A stretch of 63,993 nucleotides of DNA, the filler included, from an uncultured bacterium (lineage in GTDB: Bacteria > Latescibacterota > UBA2968): NCBI GenBank assembly GCA_964471275.1. It is 3 parts of 3 records of this genome, joined end to end, with 100 filler letters (N's around TTAATTAATTAA, not from the genome) between each part and the next. Parts side by side here need not be neighbours in the genome. Positions count along the whole stretch, not along the records: positions 43,201 to 63,993 come from CAYYGZ010000060.1; 2 more parts are not named here. The stretch is one strand, 5' to 3'. The position numbers and the translations under genes were made by a program. Positions 62,601 to 63,993 of this stretch are shown here, piece after piece. The first letter of the stretch is position 1, and each line of letters begins with the position of its first letter. Under the pieces are notes generated by a model. That model was not told where the DNA came from and made no database searches. It saw only the letters and a program-made list of their open reading frames with translations.

Positions 62601-63800
62601 CGTAGGTTCGGCGCCAGTTGAATAGGATGTCGTCGTAAACGTCGCGCCCCGTGATCCGTTCAACATCACCTGTACCGACTGTGCACCGACATTCGCAACA
62701 ACCAGATCGGCGATCGTATCCGCGTCCACGTCGATCGTCGCGAGCACGAGCGGAGTAACTCCGGTCGTGAAGAAGGACACCGAGTCCAATCCTGCCTGCT
62801 TCAGTCTGTATATGTCGTCAAGGCCCGCGTAGACGACATTCGCGCTGTCGGGGTGGACGAACAGGTCATTGACCGCCACCGCCGCACCAAGGTCCAGCGT
62901 CACGTCGAGCCAGATCAACCCACGGTCTGGCGACTTGTAGACCTCGCCGTTGTCGGACCCGGCATACATCACCGTCGGGTTGGATGGTGAAATCGCCAGG
63001 CTCTCGATATTGAGATTCGTGATACCCGTGTTCTGTGCGGTCCAAGTGCTTCCAGCATCGGATGTCACAAAGATTCCGCCACCCATCGTCGATGCATAGG
63101 CCGTCGATGCGAATTCAGGACTCGCTACGATTGCGGTCATATCGAGGTCCGTGAGGCCTACGTTCGGAATGGACCACGTGGCCCCCCGATCAAGTGACCG
63201 ATAGACACCATCAGTCGGCACGCCCACAAGGAGCGTATCTGTTGACAGGGGCATCACAGCAAAGCCCAGAGCGTTGACACCACTGACCGTATCGATCTGT
63301 GCGTCGCTCCAGGTTGAACCTGCGTCGTCCGAAATGAACAGTGTGAGTCCCGTCGACGCGTACAGACGCGTAGTGTCTGCCGGATCGAACACGATATTCC
63401 AGGTCGTATAGGGCCCGACGAGCGCGGTCGCCGCCCACGTCACCCCACGATCAACGGATTTGAACGCGCCTGTATTCTGAGAACCAGCATAGAGGACACT
63501 TGGGTTCAACGGGTTGTAAGTAATCCCATAAACAGCCTGATTGATGGTCGTCCCGGCGTTTGCGATCTCCGTCCACGTGAGTGTCGTATTCAGGCTCTGA
63601 TAGATGGATCCTGGCGTCGTTCCCGCAAGAACCGTGTCCGGCTGTGTTGGGTCGAGAATCACCGAATGCACGGTGTGGGGGCCGCCCACGAGCGCTGTGG
63701 ACACCCAGGTGTTGGAGGAGTTTGACTGGGCGCTGGTGTCGAGAGGCTGGAGGGCGATGATCGAGAGGATCATCGCGATTTTAAGCCGGTTCTGTGTCAT
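59700..63800 (-). CDS. Large secreted modular protein: BNR/sortilin propeller, FG-GAP repeats, FN3-like, cohesin-like, dockerin-like and FlgD-Ig C-terminal domains
   Basis: S.D.G.TW Asp-boxes; D.DGDG..D repeats; ITLTW..Y.V.R; GDANDDNQVDLADF/ADFNGDGIVNLADF; QNIPNPFNP..WDGRD..G..VSSGVY. Confidence 0.82.
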   Translation of the reverse strand: MTQNRLKIAMILSIIALQPLDTSAQSNSSNTWVSTALVGGPHTVHSVILDPTQPDTVLAGTTPGSIYQSLNTTLTWTEIANAGTTINQAVYGITYNPLNPSVLYAGSQNTGAFKSVDRGVTWAATALVGPYTTWNIVFDPADTTRLYASTGLTLFISDDAGSTWSDAQIDTVSGVNALGFAVMPLSTDTLLVGVPTDGVYRSLDRGATWSIPNVGLTDLDMTAIVASPEFASTAYASTMGGGIFVTSDAGSTWTAQNTGITNLNIESLAISPSNPTVMYAGSDNGEVYKSPDRGLIWLDVTLDLGAAVAVNDLFVHPDSANVVYAGLDDIYRLKQAGLDSVSFFTTGVTPLVLATIDVDADTIADLVVANVGAQSVQVMLNGSRGATFTTTSYSTGAEPTVFASGDLEGDGDTDVIIGNRLQQTVAILFNDSTGTFSTSTEIFVGRSVTELVVADMDTDQDSDIAVTDDVTGTITIYLNDGLGSFGAPKLITGPANPTSMVAADFNGDGITDLLVSSSDGSVTLLRNLGNATFQVDPSLVLTGTPTHLQPGDFDIDGDVDFAAAASDQTVRIWNNLGDGSFGDSAQVAIADTVTSLTVVDLDEDGYLDLLTPLGNGDITVLINDANGVYTDSVVVGVHAGLGVGASGDLDGDDIADLALARPADNGLLFYANPIAQDIKTPAPPRDLVAADTQSDLGGRITLTWRRPNVDETTGRITMYRVMRATDSAGPYSLLASLDTSTTSVRDSVFVSRTYTDTAATVGTAHYYYILSENGSSVQSASSDTVNASSVPQPFFDFAFSQNSPLHIQDTIEVTARVTSIDHKPSGLSLFVDYDTRALTLLGADAVDSGIQPFAVDTTLLAQAIVLQNRVDTTTTSGTGQIDLTFGFLPDLGSEAASLGTLRFVTLRDTTTRIRVVNDTSTVRQSALTDSVGALILPFITPAATLVIQNHKVRGALTFQGRSDNLDVEARFDLTQNDSAGTGTALAGSVAYQPPNDLDLTRTGVQLQLGADGSFVLEQVPGGTYGLFAKTFHYLRARISTDSLVVNDSTGVSGNAVFSWVGIDTSFMSTELRAGDANDDNQVDLADFGLVGSTFGQSGFAVKSAGWSADFNGDGIVNLADFGLLQSNFGEMGLGPAVPTKPLAPRGELFIASSAEETDGHTVYVKDAGSIAGFSVDIVLPVGKAAAIEGEAFFEAGEVLQLSRHLVRGEDSITRVASVLRGGAMFDDDGSLFSVRIGDVLPDVIRLERIRFLDPSGVAIPGLGSPVNIIDRSPVLETALRQNIPNPFNPATLIPYQLRTPEHVRITVYSTLGQEVRLLIDEAQDVGRYEVIWDGRDHSGREVSSGVYLYRFRAGHHIDVRKAILLR

Positions 63801-63809
63801 AGAAGCATG

Positions 63810-63993
63810 CTAGACGCTCGATCCGAAGATCGCCGCAAAGGCGAGAAAATCAGAAAAATCGATCGTATTGTTACCGTCAAGATCGCCAATCAGATTGTAG
63901 TTCTGGTGACCAACGCTGGTGTTGTATGCCCCGGAGAATGCCAGGAAGTCGATGAAGTCAATCGTCAGGTTCCCGTCAAAATCTCCCGGATTG
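63810..63993 (-). CDS. C-terminus of another protein with a dockerin/EF-hand-like tail (partial)
   Basis: My translation: NPGDFDGNLTIDFIDFLAFSGAY...GDLDGNNTIDFSDFLAFAAIFGSSV*. Confidence 0.8.
   Translation of the reverse strand, partial: NPGDFDGNLTIDFIDFLAFSGAYNTSVGHQNYNLIGDLDGNNTIDFSDFLAFAAIFGSSV

Noticed and set aside
1..63993. CRISPR array, tRNA, rRNA, prophage or defence system
   Set aside because: No regularly spaced direct repeats, cloverleaf or rRNA signatures, or phage/defence protein motifs seen by eye

Overview
About 58-60% GC bacterial DNA made of three contigs joined by 100-nt N spacers containing TTAATTAATTAA (21544-21643, 43101-43200), with one more 10-N gap at 51149-51158. 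Gene order across the spacers is not biological. Secreted proteins with paired DxDGDGxVxFxDF dockerin/EF-hand-like tails and an FlgD-Ig type NxPNPFNP C-terminal domain suggest an uncultured FCB-group organism such as Latescibacterota (inference only). Contig 1 is an eroding accessory catabolic region. It holds four URO-D/CIMS-like paralogs, a DUF1848 protein, an atypical glycyl radical enzyme (GCNW loop, no activase nearby), an unknown protein with a C-terminal DUF59/MIP18 domain, IS3 and IS481 remnants, and a galacturonokinase-like kinase / nucleotidyltransferase / TIM-barrel isomerase run followed by a protein that appears to be three fused Rid (YjgF) domains. Contig 2 has a stand-alone fliG, a FliG-N-only paralog, rarA, DUF3604, ggt, mrp, RND efflux genes and small cohesin+dockerin-like proteins. 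Contig 3 has a sigma54-driven flgF-G-A-H-I-J-N operon, catabolic enzymes, a sulfatase-fold protein with Thr at the catalytic position, and large modular surface proteins. More than ten pseudogenes and deletion chimeras indicate ongoing gene decay. I saw no rRNA, tRNA or CRISPR array. All calls come from motif recognition by eye; no database search was run.
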